Below, piece after piece: positions 12,912 through 25,054 of a DNA stretch of 64,000 bases. The stretch comes from Piedraia hortae CBS 480.64 (Eukaryota). A program made the position numbers and the translations under genes. The stretch spans positions 558,001 through 622,000 of the forward strand of contig MU005957.1 of the NCBI GenBank assembly GCA_010093745.1, in the 5' to 3' direction. How positions within the stretch are numbered: the stretch's first letter is position 1; each line of letters starts with the position of its first letter. Under the pieces are notes generated by a model, which made no database searches, was not told the DNA's origin, and saw nothing but the letters and a program-made list of their open reading frames with translations.

Positions 12912-13195
12912 GATGAACGATGCAAACGGGACGCAGTGGTTGTTATGGCGGGCTGTCGGGGCACGTGATGGCGTCATCTGATCTAACAATCCTAACCCTT
13001 TGTCGGTGTCACAACAGTCTTCGGGTACCAACCCTAACGTCTCATGAATTTGGGACAGCTTGTGGAAGGAGGAATAGGAGAGGGTTCCAGTCTGCAGTGC
13101 ATAAAGAGAAAAGGGAAGAAACCAAGAGAAGCAAAAGAAGGCAGATTCCCCGACGGACCCTCCACGGACTGATACGACAACGTGGCTGACCCAAG

Positions 13196-15792
13196 ATGAA
13201 GTTGGACGTCAAGGTAAGACCACCGGAGCTGCCGAAGCCGCCAGCTAACCCCCGGAGCGCCAACTGTTTGCGCGCAGTGAGCGGGTCAAGGGCATAGACT
13301 TTCACCCGACGGAGCCATGGATCCTGACGACTCTGTACAGCGGCCATGTGTACATTTGGTCGTTTGAGACGCAGGCAATCGTCAAGACGTTTGAGCTGAC
13401 AGACGTCCCGGTGCGCGCCGGACGGTTTGTAGCTCGCAAGAACTGGATCGTATGCGGCAGCGACGATTACCAGCTGCGCGTGTACAATTACAATACGTCG
13501 GAGAAGATCACGTCGTTTGAGGCGCATCCCGACTACATCCGCGCCATTGTCGTCCATCCCGTGCAGCCGTTTGTGCTGACGGCCAGCGATGACATGACCA
13601 TCAAGCTGTGGGATTGGGACCGGTCGTGGAAGTGCGTGCAGGTGTTTGAGGGCCACAGCCACTATGTCATGGGACTGGCAATCAACCCAAAGGACACAAA
13701 CACGTTTGCCTCGGCCTGTCTGGACAAGACAGTCAAGATCTGGAGTCTGGGCTCCGGCCATGCCAATTTTACACTCGAGGCCCACGAGACAAAGGGCGTT
13801 AATCATGTAGACTACTATCCACAGAGCGATAAGCCGTATATCCTGACCACCTCGGACGATCGAACCGTCAAGGTCTGGGATTACACGACAAAAGCATTGA
13901 TTGCAACCCTCGAGGGCCATACATCAAACGTCTCTTTTGCCTGCTACCATCCCGAGCTGCCCGTCATCATCTCTGGCTCAGAAGATGGTACTATCAAAAT
14001 GTGGCACGCCAACACTTATCGTCTGGAGCAGTCGCTTTCATATGGCTTGGAAAGGGCATGGTGCTGTGCATACCAAAGGGGAAAACAGGGCATTGCCATG
14101 GGATTTGATGACGGAGCGGTAGTCGTAAAGATGGGCAGAGAAGAGCCTGCTGTGTCAATGGACGGATCGGGAAAGATCATCTGGGCTCATCACAACGAAG
14201 TCCAGACAGCCGTTATCAAGGGCACTGGCAAGGATGTTAAAGATGGACAGCCAATCTCACTGCCGTCCAAAGACCTTGGCAATACTGAAATATACCCACA
14301 AACCCTCATCCACAGTCCTAATGGCCGATTCGTGGCCGTCTGTGGTGATGGAGAATATATCATCTACACTGCCTTGGCACTGCGCAATCAGGCGTTTGGC
14401 TCAGCGCTGGACTTTGCGTGGGCGAGCAAAGAAAACGATAAAGACTATGCCATCCGGGAGTCACAGTACGTTGTCAAGATTTACAGGAATTTCAAGCCCA
14501 AATCAGGAGATGGCAGCATCAACGTAGGGTATAATGCCGATGGCCTTGCTGGCGGAGTGTTGCTCGGAGTCAAGGGCCAAGGCGGAATTGGCTTCTTTGA
14601 TTGGGAGAGCGGTAAACTTGTTCGCCGCATCGAAGTGGAGCCAAAAGACGTATATTGGTCTGATTCTGGTGAACTTGTTGCCCTGGCCTGTGATGACACT
14701 TATTACGTGCTACGATATTCAAGGGAGCAGTACGTGGCTGCGTTGCAGGCCGGTACAGTGGACGAGGACGGCGTTGAAGAGGCTTTTGAAGTTGTTTGCG
14801 ATATTAACGAGAGGTAAGTTGAGACAGTGTTGTGAAGACGATGCTAACTGTATAGTGTACGCACTGGGCAATGGGTCGGCGACTGCTTCGTCTACACAAA
14901 CAGCACCAACCGACTGAATTACCTGGTGGGTGATCAGGTTTACACCATCTCTCACTTCGATGAGCCGCACTATGTTTTGGGGTATCTGCCCCGTGATGGC
15001 CGGGTGTACGTCTGCGACAAGGACGTGCAGGTCATTTCGTTTGCTTTGTCAGTCAATGTGATTGAGTACCAGACGCTGGTGCTCCGCGGCGACTTGGACG
15101 CTGCTAACGAGATGCTGCCTGAGATACCAAATGACCAGAAGAACAAAATCGCACGGTTCCTCCAAGGCCAAGGCTACAAGGAACAAGCTCTTGAGGTGGC
15201 TACGGACACAGAACACCGCTTCGAGCTCGCACTCGGCCTGGGCCGGCTGGAAATCGCTTTAGAGCTCGCACGGGAAGCCGATATCGAGCACAAATGGAAA
15301 ACAGTCGGCGATGCTGCCCTGGCAAGCTGGCAGCTTTCCCTGGCAGAAGAGTGTTTCCGCCATGCCAAAGACCTTGGTTCGCTGCTGCTTATATACTCTG
15401 CCTCGTCCGATTCTGACGGGTTAAAGAGTCTGGCTGAAAAGGCCAAGGAGAGTGGCCAACACAATGTCGCATTCACATGTCTATGGCAACTCTCTGATCT
15501 GGATGGATGTCTAGACCTTTTGCTATCTACTGGCAGGACGGCTGAGGCGGTGCTCTTCGCCCAGACATATAAACCCAGTCGATGCGAACAAATCGTCGAG
15601 CAGTGGAAAGAGGGGCTGCAAAAGTCAGGCAAGGGCAAGGTTAGTGGGTTACTTGGTGTTCCGGGCAAGGACGATGACATGTTTCCCCATTGGAACGAGC
15701 AGCTCAAGTTGGAGAATGAAGGGGAAGCTGCAAGCGGGGAGGATTTGATTGATGTTGAGGAGGAGGTGGAAGTAGAGGCTGAAGAGGAGTAG
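13196..15792 (+). CDS. SEC27: Coatomer subunit beta' (introns 13214-13257, 14814-14855)
   Basis: MKLDVK/RQLFARSERVKGIDFHPTEPW; WD40 repeats; FEAHPDYIR; coatomer WDAD region; acidic tail. Confidence 0.97.
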
Positions 15793-15947
15793 AGGTATAC
15801 AGTCCTGCAGTGATCTATCCTGTTACAAACTCAGTCTCATCTTCTGGTGTTCAAAAGTGATGTCAAACATGACACTGTGGATGGTGTTACCCCAAACCTC
15901 GGCATCTTCCGACCTCACCTCACCTGTCACTGCTCTCAGCAACAACA

Positions 15948-17120
15948 ATGGCAGCAATGATGCCCTCAAGCACGAACCCCGACCCCGACCTCTCCAACGA
16001 CCTCATCGACCCCGACGACGGTATATCCATCCCCCACCCCTCCCCACCTTTCCCCCTTCCCAAGTACCTTCCCTAACCCCAAGACAGCAACTCTAGACGA
16101 ACTAGACGACCCAATCCCCTCCTCCGACCGCGCCCCTCTAACCGGCAATATATCCACCCCCTCCGGAGCACCCGTAACGCGCCAAAATCTCACAAATGCC
16201 ATCCCGGGTGAAGATCGTCGTCTCAACACCATCGATGAAAGCGTGTGGGAGACTTTGTCGAGAGATATGCTCGCTGTCGCGGAGAAGATGAAGCAAGTTC
16301 TCTGGCCAAAATATCTTCTCGGGGGAGTGTTGAACCCCAGGGAGGGGGATGTGGAGGGGGGGAATCCGCTTCGGAGGGTCGGAGGACTGATTGGGAGGTG
16401 GCCGGATGCGGATGCGGTGCTTGATGGGAGGGGGGTGGGGGAATGGGATTTGTGGTATGTTTTTACGTGGTTGGGGGGAAGAGGGATCGGGGGGAAAATA
16501 CTACGTGGGGGTACTACCCGGCGAGACTCTACCTCGGGGTATACTTCCCGAGGGATAGTCCACCCTAGAGGGAGTCCCTACCCTCCTACCTACCTAACCC
16601 TCCCCGAAGGATCCCATCCCGGTGGAGTTTTGCTGACGAATTTTCTAGGGGTCCGTTGCTGTTCAGCCTCCTCCTCTCTCTCCTTCTCTCCCTCAACGCG
16701 CGCCCTGACCAGAAAAGTCTCGTCTTCTCTGGCGTCTTTGCCCTACTCTGGCTCGCTGAGGGGGTTATAACACTACAAATCAAACTTCTTGGGGGGAATA
16801 TGTAAGTCCACACACTGCAGCAGTAGTGCCTGCGGGTGGGGGGACGAATCCTTCGCTAACATATGTCCAGATCCTTCTTCCAATCCATCTCCATAATAGG
16901 GTATACCCTCTTCCCCCTTGTCTTAGCGAGCTTGCTATCGGCTGTTCATGTTCCAATGGTGGCTCGCATCCCGGTATACACCCTCCTGGGCTTGTGGTCC
17001 CTCGCGGCGGGGGTGAGTATTCTCGGTGGGAGCGGGGTTGTGAAGAATAGGGTTGCGTTGGCGGTTTATCCCCTTGCGGTGTTTTATGTTGGGGTGGATT
17101 GCCTTTGCTTCTTGTCTTAG
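15948..17120 (+). CDS. YIP4: Yip1-domain Golgi membrane protein, YIP4/YIPF6-like (introns 16021-16087, 16455-16648, 16802-16870)
   Basis: NTIDESVWETLSRD..KMKQVLWP, WDLWGPLLFSL, LQIKLLGGNISFFQSISIIGYTLFPL, RVALAVYPL. Confidence 0.88.
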
Positions 17121-17467
17121 AAACATGTTTTACTGGGGAGGTGTTTCTATTGTACGGATATGTTGTTGAGGGTTTGTTTTATCGCGCTTGGGTTGAGTAA
17201 GTTGGGGGGTGGATACTGCTTCAGATTGAAGAGTTCAAGTTGTATTCGAGGGTTCATCGTAGAAACCATGGAGATTCTTCAAGGCGGGGTATATCTCGTC
17301 TCCTCATCTGAATGATATCCATCCCGAGGGTTCATCTCTTGAAGTTAGTGTAGGGATGTTATAGCAATGGTTCATATCTATCATAAAGACCGTATGACCA
17401 TTTTCTGCATTGTTTTATTCGACATTTCATCTCTTGTTCATCCCATCTCTCATCTCCCATTTCCGAC

Positions 17468-17908
17468 CTATTCCGAGGCAAGCCCATATTCTCCCTTGAG
17501 TTTCTCCACAAGAGCGACGTACTCCTCCTGCGCTGCCTCGGGGGTCTTGGACGATACCGCCTCCCACGCGGAGTATTTTGCTTTTTCCTTAACTCGTTAG
17601 CACCGAACCACAATTGGGCGGGTGGATGGGCAATCAGCCTGTCGATGAATACGCAATGAACGCGCGAGCAGGATGAGGGATGAACGAAACATACCGTAAT
17701 GGCAAACATCCCCGGCGCCTTGGCCTCTTTAAACGGCGGATCCTGCGTTCCCTGCTTATACAGACCGTACAACTACCTCGTTAGTTTCATGATTGGAATG
17801 GACAGGGAGAGCAGCAACTTTGAGTAACTCGTCGTTGGTCGGTTTCTTGGCTAGTTTGCGGGATTCTTCGACCGCTTTGGTGAATTCCTCGCTTTGGGGG
17901 ACGGGCAT
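17468..17908 (-). CDS. ACB1: Acyl-CoA-binding protein (2 introns)
   Basis: Spliced MPVPQSEEFTKAVEESRKLAKKPTNDELLK/LYGLYKQGTQD..PGMF..EKAKYSAW..AQEEYVALVEKLK. Confidence 0.92.
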
Positions 17909-18508
17909 TGTCATCAACTGTGGTTGAGTGGGTGAGAAGAGGAGGGTTTCATGGAGGGGGAGGGGTATGCATATATGTACGTCATCAACGTCTGCCTTCA
18001 CCTTACCCTCGGAGACTTTCCGATGATCATGACATTCTGATCTACCGCTAAAGCGTCCTGTCTATCCGTCTATCGTCAGATAAATGTCACCACCATATCC
18101 GCAGCCCTCTTCATATTATACGTCAACTCCGCATTTTTCGTCTCTAGTGACAAGCGCATTGTAATAAAGCAGTTCAAACATGGCCCCCTCCAGCACCATC
18201 AACTTGTCAATGTTAATTTCCGTCAACTCGGAAAAAAAAAAAAAAACCTCTGATCCGGAATGATATTAATGTGCATTCTACTGGCCAGACGGAGGGCGGT
18301 GATGGCCAGATGATTGATGCTGCGCGGGGTGACTGTGATGAGTCCTTTCTGGCGGAGTTTCTCGCAGTACGCCATTTCGATTGAGGCAAATGACTGGCGG
18401 TTCGGGAAAATTGTAACTAGTCGCTAAAACTTCGGCTAAACTTGTGCCGCAGTCTTGGCACGCACTCCATTTCCACCTCACTCCAGAGTTCCTTACAACA
18501 CTGCAAAC

Positions 18509-19043
18509 ATGGGTCGCGTTCGCACCAAGACCGTCAAAAAGTCGGCAAAGGTCATTATTGAGCGCTACTACCCCAAGCTCACCCTCGACTTCGAGACCAA
18601 CAAACGCATCTGTGATGAGATTGCCATTATCCAGAGCAAGCGGTTGCGTAATAAGGTATGGACAGCCAGTGTCTCTGCTGTGATGAAATACTAATGTGAT
18701 AAGATCGCCGGCTATACAACGCATCTGATGAAGCGTATCCAGCGTGGACCCGTGCGCGGCATCTCGTTCAAGCTGCAGGAAGAAGAGCGCGAGCGCAAGG
18801 ATCAATACGTTCCCGAAGTGTCGGCCCTCGACTTTGCGCACAACTCTGAGTCCGGCCAGCTCGATGTCGACCAGGAGACAAAGGACATGCTCAAGTCCAT
18901 GGGCGTAAGTTATCCCTGCTGTATGAGGGACTGGTGGCTGACGTGATCAGTTTGACAGCATCCCCGTCAATGTTGTCGCGGTGCCGTCGCAGACGATTAC
19001 CGAGAGGCCGCGTCGCACTGGTGACCGTCTCCCTCGTCCGTAA
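18509..19043 (+). CDS. RPS17: 40S ribosomal protein S17 (eS17), introns 18656-18703 and 18906-18950
   Basis: [75 protein letters not shown]. Confidence 0.98.
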
Positions 19044-19323
19044 ACGAGCGGTAGGATAGGTCAATGAGATGTGTTTTACCCAAAGGTGTCGCCGAGTCTG
19101 CTTGCGGACGAGGCTTGATTGCCATTTTGAGTCTACGTGATGCCCGAGATGTGTGTGGACTGTCCACAGACCGTGGCTGTGCAGTCAAAGCGCGGTGATG
19201 GCTGGCTACGACCGCTGTCTACACGATGGTAAGCTGTCTACAGGATGGCATGCCTGCGGTCTGCATGGTACGGTTTCGCCCACTGTCCACATGATGGCAT
19301 GCTGTCTACGATGATGGCAAAGT

Positions 19324-19662
19324 CTACTGTGATGCTGCTGATGACAATGCCTCCGTCGGGACGACACCCGGCAAGACGTATAGAATCTCCCCATTCCGCC
19401 CAGTGCCGCCGGTTGGCTGCTGCTCCTTGTCCAAATAGTACCCGAACGTAGCGCGACAGCGACTGCACGTAGCCAGATATCTTTTTTCGAAGCCGTCATC
19501 CAGGCGCAGCATCAGCGGCGTCTCGGCCACCTTGACAGATGGGTAAAGGTGGTGCTGCACAGCGATATGCGCGCCATCTCTTGCGCGCGTCTTCAGCGCA
19601 TCCAAAGGATCAGTGACGGCACAGGCGAGCTGTAAACATTGGCAGTGGAGGGTCGCATGCAT
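19324..19662 (-). CDS. Small Zn-binding protein, STEEP1/UPF0428 (CXorf56)-like
   Basis: LHCQC..L..LKTRARDGA and LRLDDGFEKRYLATCSRCRATFGY..LYVLPG resemble this family; divergent from SMC2. Confidence 0.65.
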   Translation of the reverse strand: MHATLHCQCLQLACAVTDPLDALKTRARDGAHIAVQHHLYPSVKVAETPLMLRLDDGFEKRYLATCSRCRATFGYYLDKEQQPTGGTGRNGEILYVLPGVVPTEALSSAASQ

Positions 19663-19754
19663 GGTTTGTTGTCGCGGTTGTCGCGACATCACGGGAAGCC
19701 CCGCACGTTGTTTACACCTGCAAACACCAAACGGGCGATGCGGCGGCGCCCACG

Positions 19755-22700
19755 ATGCGCATTACGGAGCTGATTATCGACGGCTTCAAGTCGTATGCGG
19801 TGCGCACCGTCATCTCTGGCTGGGATCCAACATTCAACGCGATCACCGGCCTCAACGGCTCCGGCAAGTCCAACATCCTAGACGCCATCTGCTTCTGTCT
19901 CGGCATCGGACGGTTCGAGCTCCTACGCGCAAATGGCGGCGCCAGCGATCTCATCTACAAGCGCGGCCAGGCCGGCATTACCAAAGCCTCAGTGACGCTC
20001 GTGTTTGACAACGGCAACAAGGCCAAGAGTCCGATCGGTTTCGAAGACTACGCCAGCATCAGCGTGACGCGGCAGATCGTCCTGGGCGGCACAAGCAAGT
20101 ACCTCATCAACGGCCACCGCGCACAGCAGCAGACGGTGCAGAACCTCTTCCAGAGCGTGCAGCTGAACATCAACAACCCCAACTTTCTCATCATGCAAGG
20201 CCGCATCACCAAAGTGCTGAACATGAAAAGCACCGAAATCCTAGGCATGGTCGAAGAAGCCGCCGGGACACGAATGTTCGAAGACCGACGCGAGAAAGCT
20301 CTCAAAACCATGGCCAAGAAACAAGCCAAAGTCGAAGAACTCGAAGGGCTTCTCAAAGAAGAAATCGAGCCCAAACTCGACAAACTCCGCAACGAAAAGC
20401 GCGCCTTTCTCGAATTCCAAAGCACGCAATCCGACCTCGAAAGACTCCAAAAACTAGTCATAGCCTACGACTACGTCAAAACCAAACACCGTCTCGAAAC
20501 CAGCGCCCAGGACCTACGAGCCAACAAAGAGCGCGCATCGCATCTCGAATCGAACAAATCCAAACTCGAACGCGAAATCTCCGTCCTCGAAGAGGACGCC
20601 ACCAAAGCCCGCGAAGCCCGGGACAGAGAACTCCGCAAAGGCGGCAAATTCACCAAACTCGAGTCATCCCTGAAATCCCATTCCCACTCCCTCGTCCGTC
20701 TCTCTACCATCATCGACCTCAAAAAGTCCTCCCTCGCAGAGGAGGAACACCGTCTGCAAACCCTCCACTCAAACGTCACCGACCTCGAAACCCAACTCGA
20801 GCAGAAAACCTCCACGCACAAAACCCTCCAGGACCAACTCGCCCACTCCCAAACCCAGCTCGACGAGCAAAAAACCACCGTCGAAAAAAAGGAAGAACTC
20901 CTCCAAACCCTCCAAACGGGAATCTCCTCCACCGCGAACACGGATGGGGGATACGCCGGCCAACTCGCCTCAGCGAGGGAACAAGCGAGTAAAGCGGGCA
21001 CCGAACTCGAACAAGCGAAGCTTAAAATCAGCCATTTGCAGGGCAGGATTAAGGACTCCGAACCCCGCGCGAAGGAGGCGGAGAGGGAGAATTCATCCCT
21101 GCTTAGCGGGCTGGAGAGCTTACGTTCCGAAGCAGCGAAGCTAAAGAACCAGCTCGAGAAACTAGGTTTCGAACCCGCAAGGGAAGAAGAGCAGCTGGCC
21201 GAGAAGACGAGACTGGAGGAGAGGATTCGGAGTCTACAGCGCGAGGCCGAGGGGTTGAAGAGGAAGGTCGCGGGGTTGGATTTTACGTACTCTGATCCGT
21301 ATCCTAATTTCGATAGGAAGAGGGTCAAGGGTTTGGTCGCGCAGTTGTTTAGCCTTCCGCCTTCGGCGAGTGGGGCTGCCACTGCGCTGGAGGTTTGTGC
21401 GGGGGGGAGGTTGTATAATGTTGTTGTTGATTCGGCGAGGACGGGAATCGAGTTGTTGCGGGATGGGAGGTTGAAGAGGAGGGTTACTATTGTGCCGTTG
21501 GATAAGATTTCTGCGGGCAGGGCCCCCGAGGGGAGGGTCGATGCTGCGAGGAGGGTAGGTGAAGGGAGGGTTAACCTTGCGGTTACGATGGTTGGGTTTG
21601 AGGATGAGGTGGCAAAGGCGATGGAGTTTGTGTTTGGGAATACCCTCATTGCGGAGGATGCGGAGACGGCGAAGAGGGTCACGTTTCATAAGGATGTGAG
21701 GTTGAAGTGTGTTACGCTTGAGGGGGATGTGTATGACCCTAGCGGGTCGTTGTCGGGGGGTTCGGCGGCGAGGGGGAGTGGGGTTTTGGTTACGTTGAGG
21801 GAGTTGAATGACATTATGAGGGAGTTGGGGGAGAGGGAAGAGGGGTTGAGGAGGTTGGTGGAGAGCATGGCAAAGGATGCGGAGAGGATGGGGGATTATA
21901 AGAGGGTTAAGCGCGAGTTGGATTTGAAGGTGCATGAGATTCAACTGGCGGAGGCGCAGATTGCGTCGAATTCGTCGTCGAATATCATTGCTAGCGTGAG
22001 GGAGATGAAGGAGATGGTCGCCACGCTCAAGGCAGGGTTGGAGGAGATTCAGAAGAGGAAAGACGATGCAGAGGCTGAAGCTAAGAGGGTGCAGAAGGAG
22101 ATGAAGGATTTTTCGTCGAATAAATCTGGGAAACTTGCCCAACTGCAGAAGGATCTTGAGCAGTTGAAGAAGGGTTTGGCAAAAGCTGTAGTGGCGATTA
22201 AGCCGATGCAACAGGAGGTCAGAGAGGCTTCCATCGATGCGGAACAGACTGCCTCCGACCTCGCCTCTGCAAGGGAAGAACTGCAGGAGGTTGAAAGCGC
22301 ACTAAACTCCCAACGCGAAGAAGTCGCGAGCCTAGAGACGGAGCAAAAGTCCGTGAAAAAACTTCACGACGAGGCCCAAGCCGCACTGCAAGACGAACGG
22401 GCCAAACTCTCCAGCTTCGACTCCGAAATCGCAGAACTCGAACACGCCATAAAAACCAAAACGCAACAAATCTCCGACGAAAAACTCTCCCTCCAAAAAC
22501 TCGTCCACGAAATCGAAGGTTTCTCAAAAGCCCAACTCTCCGCGCAGCAGGCAATAACCGCCATGGAAAAAGACCACGACTGGATCCACGAGGAAGCATC
22601 CTCGTTTGGGAAACCAAACACCTCCTACGACTTCCACAACCAAGACATGGGAGAATGCAAATCCAACCTCAAAAAAGTTAGTGAACGCTTCCAGGGAATG

Positions 22701-23344
22701 AAGAGAAAAATCAACCCTGCCGTCATGGCAACGATTGATTCCGTGGAGAAGAAGGAGGGGAGCGTGAGACAGATGATGAGGACGGTTATCAAAGACAAAA
22801 GGAAGATCGAGGAGACGATTACCAGCCTTGATGCGTATAAGAAGGAGGCGTTGCTGAAGACGTGGAGGAAGGTTAACGAGGATTTTGGGAGGATTTTTGG
22901 GGAGTTGCTTCCTGGTAATACGGCGAAACTGGATCCGCCGGAGGGGAAGACGATTTCCGAGGGGCTGGAGGTTAAGGTGTGTCTTGGCAAGGTGTGGAAG
23001 CAGAGTCTGACGGAACTGTCGGGGGGCCAGAGGTGGGCTTCGATCCGTTGTTGAGGGTTTGTGACGCTGACGATAGCAGGTCGTTAATTGCCCTCTCGCT
23101 GATTCTGTCGCTGCTGCAGTATTCGCCCGCGCCAATGTACATCCTCGACGAGGTTGACGCGGCGCTGGATCTGTCGCACACGCAGAATATCGGACGACTA
23201 ATCAGGACGAGGTTCAAGGGCTCGCAGTTTATTGTTGTGAGTCTCAAGGATGGGATGTTTGGGAATGCGAATCGGATTTTCAGGACGAGGTTCATGGACG
23301 GAACGAGTGTTGTGCAGGCGTTGACGCCGGCGGATATGAAGTAG
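19755..23344 (+). CDS. SMC2: Condensin ATPase SMC2 (intron 23033-23079)
   Basis: Walker [17 protein letters not shown], coiled coils, hinge, signature LSGGQR/SL, Walker [12 protein letters not shown]. Confidence 0.98.
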
Positions 23345-23425
23345 GATGAAAATATCCCGATTCGGGTGAAACACGTAGATCTGTACATCCACAGGCCTTT
23401 CAAGAATTGCTCAAGTCAATGGAAA

Positions 23426-25054
23426 ATGATTACCTCTACGTCTTCATCTGGAAAGGCCGCGCTTCTTAGGACTCTGCGGTGGTATTCGTCCAACGGCAGA
23501 GAAGTAGCCCGCCAGCAGCGCGAGCTTCTCATCGACGTCCTAAGCGCGGATGCATCCAAGCGCGACGCGAAGCAATATCTCTCAAGGTTCCAGTCGCCGA
23601 GAAGAGTAGCAGAGCAGCATCTCTACGGACCCGCGCGCGCGATTTCGCATAGTCCCAAGTTTCGCGATGAGGCGACGCCAGTGTCTACTCCTGAGCGGCT
23701 GCATACAGCTATCGTCTGTCTCCGCGATGCGCACGAACTGGACGATTCTACCCTAGACGGTCTGGTAGTTACATTGACCCAGCTGTCGAAACTAGATATG
23801 AAACTCGTCCTCGTCCTCGACGATACTGAAGCAAAAGACACGCAGACCACACAACTACGCTTCCTCGAGCAGGCGGAGCGACTCTCCATCGCAATCGGAC
23901 GCCACGGCGACGGAGCGAGGATCATCACGCGTGCCTTCATCCAAGACGTCCGGCAGGACGACAACCTCTCAGCCCCCCTCCCAGAACTGATCCTCACCCC
24001 CCTAACCCGCGGCCTCATCTCCATTCTCCCCTGCCTCGCGCACACCCCACGCGGCCAACTCACCTCCACAACCTCCCACTCAACAATCCTCACCCTCACA
24101 ATCCTCCTCTCGCGCACAACCTCTCTCGACCGAATCCTCCTCCTCAACAAATCCGGCGGTCTACCCACCCTGACCAACAACACACACATTTTCATAAACC
24201 TCTCCCAAGAATACAGCTCGATCCAAGCCGCCCTATCAGAGCATGGCACACCCCTCCAACAATCCGACCTAAAAACATTGAAGGAGAGCCTCTCCCTCCT
24301 CCCCGCCTCCTCCTCGGGTTTGATAGTTTCCCCCCTCGAAGCCGCAGCGTCGTCTCGTGAGGAGGAGGATAGCCTCCTCCCCGCGACGAGGAGACAGAAG
24401 AATACGCTTATTCATAATTTGTTGACCAACAGGCCGTGGGTGTCCTCGTCCCTGCCGAAGGCGAGGGTTAGGGATACGGAGAGACGCTCCGCGACGGTGG
24501 TGAAGTGGGGGATGGAGTTGAAAATCCTGCCGGAGGTGGGGATCGGGGGGTGGGGGTACCCTGGGGGGGTGAGTTTGAGGGGGGAGAGGGGGTTGGATTT
24601 TGAGAAGCTTGTGGAGTTGATTGAGGATTCGTTTCAGAGGAAACTTGATGTTGAGAGGTATCTGGAGAGGATCGATGGGAGGACGGCGGGGGTGGTGGTG
24701 GCAGGGGAGTATGAGGGTGCGGCGGTTTTTACGTGGGAGGGTCCTTTGGGCGGGAGCGGTGCCGCCCCGGTGCCGTATTTGGATAAACTTGCGGTTAGAC
24801 GGTCCAGTCAAGGCTCCGCGGGCGTTGCGGATTTGTTGTTTCAGGCCATGGTGCAGAGGTGTTTCCCCCATGGGGTTTGTTGGAGGAGCAGGAGGGATAA
24901 TCCCGCGAATGGGTGGTATAAAGAACGGGCGGGTGGGTGGTGGGAACTTCCCGGGGGGAAGTGGGTTGTTTTCTGGACGGGAGATAATGGATGGGAGAAG
25001 TTTGGGGAGTATGTTGCTGTTGGGGAAGGAGTGGGGGGGAGTTGGAAGGATTGA
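23426..25054 (+). CDS. ARG2: Mitochondrial amino-acid (N-acetylglutamate) acetyltransferase
   Basis: DVLSADASKRDAKQYLSRF, HIFINLSQEY, LIHNLLTNRP..SSSLP, LIEDSFQRKL, PYLDKLAV..GVAD..WRSRRDNP (DUF619/NAT domain). Confidence 0.92.
   Translation: MITSTSSSGKAALLRTLRWYSSNGREVARQQRELLIDVLSADASKRDAKQYLSRFQSPRRVAEQHLYGPARAISHSPKFRDEATPVSTPERLHTAIVCLRDAHELDDSTLDGLVVTLTQLSKLDMKLVLVLDDTEAKDTQTTQLRFLEQAERLSIAIGRHGDGARIITRAFIQDVRQDDNLSAPLPELILTPLTRGLISILPCLAHTPRGQLTSTTSHSTILTLTILLSRTTSLDRILLLNKSGGLPTLTNNTHIFINLSQEYSSIQAALSEHGTPLQQSDLKTLKESLSLLPASSSGLIVSPLEAAASSREEEDSLLPATRRQKNTLIHNLLTNRPWVSSSLPKARVRDTERRSATVVKWGMELKILPEVGIGGWGYPGGVSLRGERGLDFEKLVELIEDSFQRKLDVERYLERIDGRTAGVVVAGEYEGAAVFTWEGPLGGSGAAPVPYLDKLAVRRSSQGSAGVADLLFQAMVQRCFPHGVCWRSRRDNPANGWYKERAGGWWELPGGKWVVFWTGDNGWEKFGEYVAVGEGVGGSWKD

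Noticed and set aside
18290..18420. TGATGA box-C-like motif upstream of RPS17 (possible C/D snoRNA)
   Set aside because: No suitably placed CTGA D box with a terminal stem, and no rRNA guide that I could verify
20471..22211. Long antisense ORFs over SMC2 (also over MCD4, ARG2, SEC27 and 54756-55748)
   Set aside because: Shadow frames produced by skewed codon usage of the real genes
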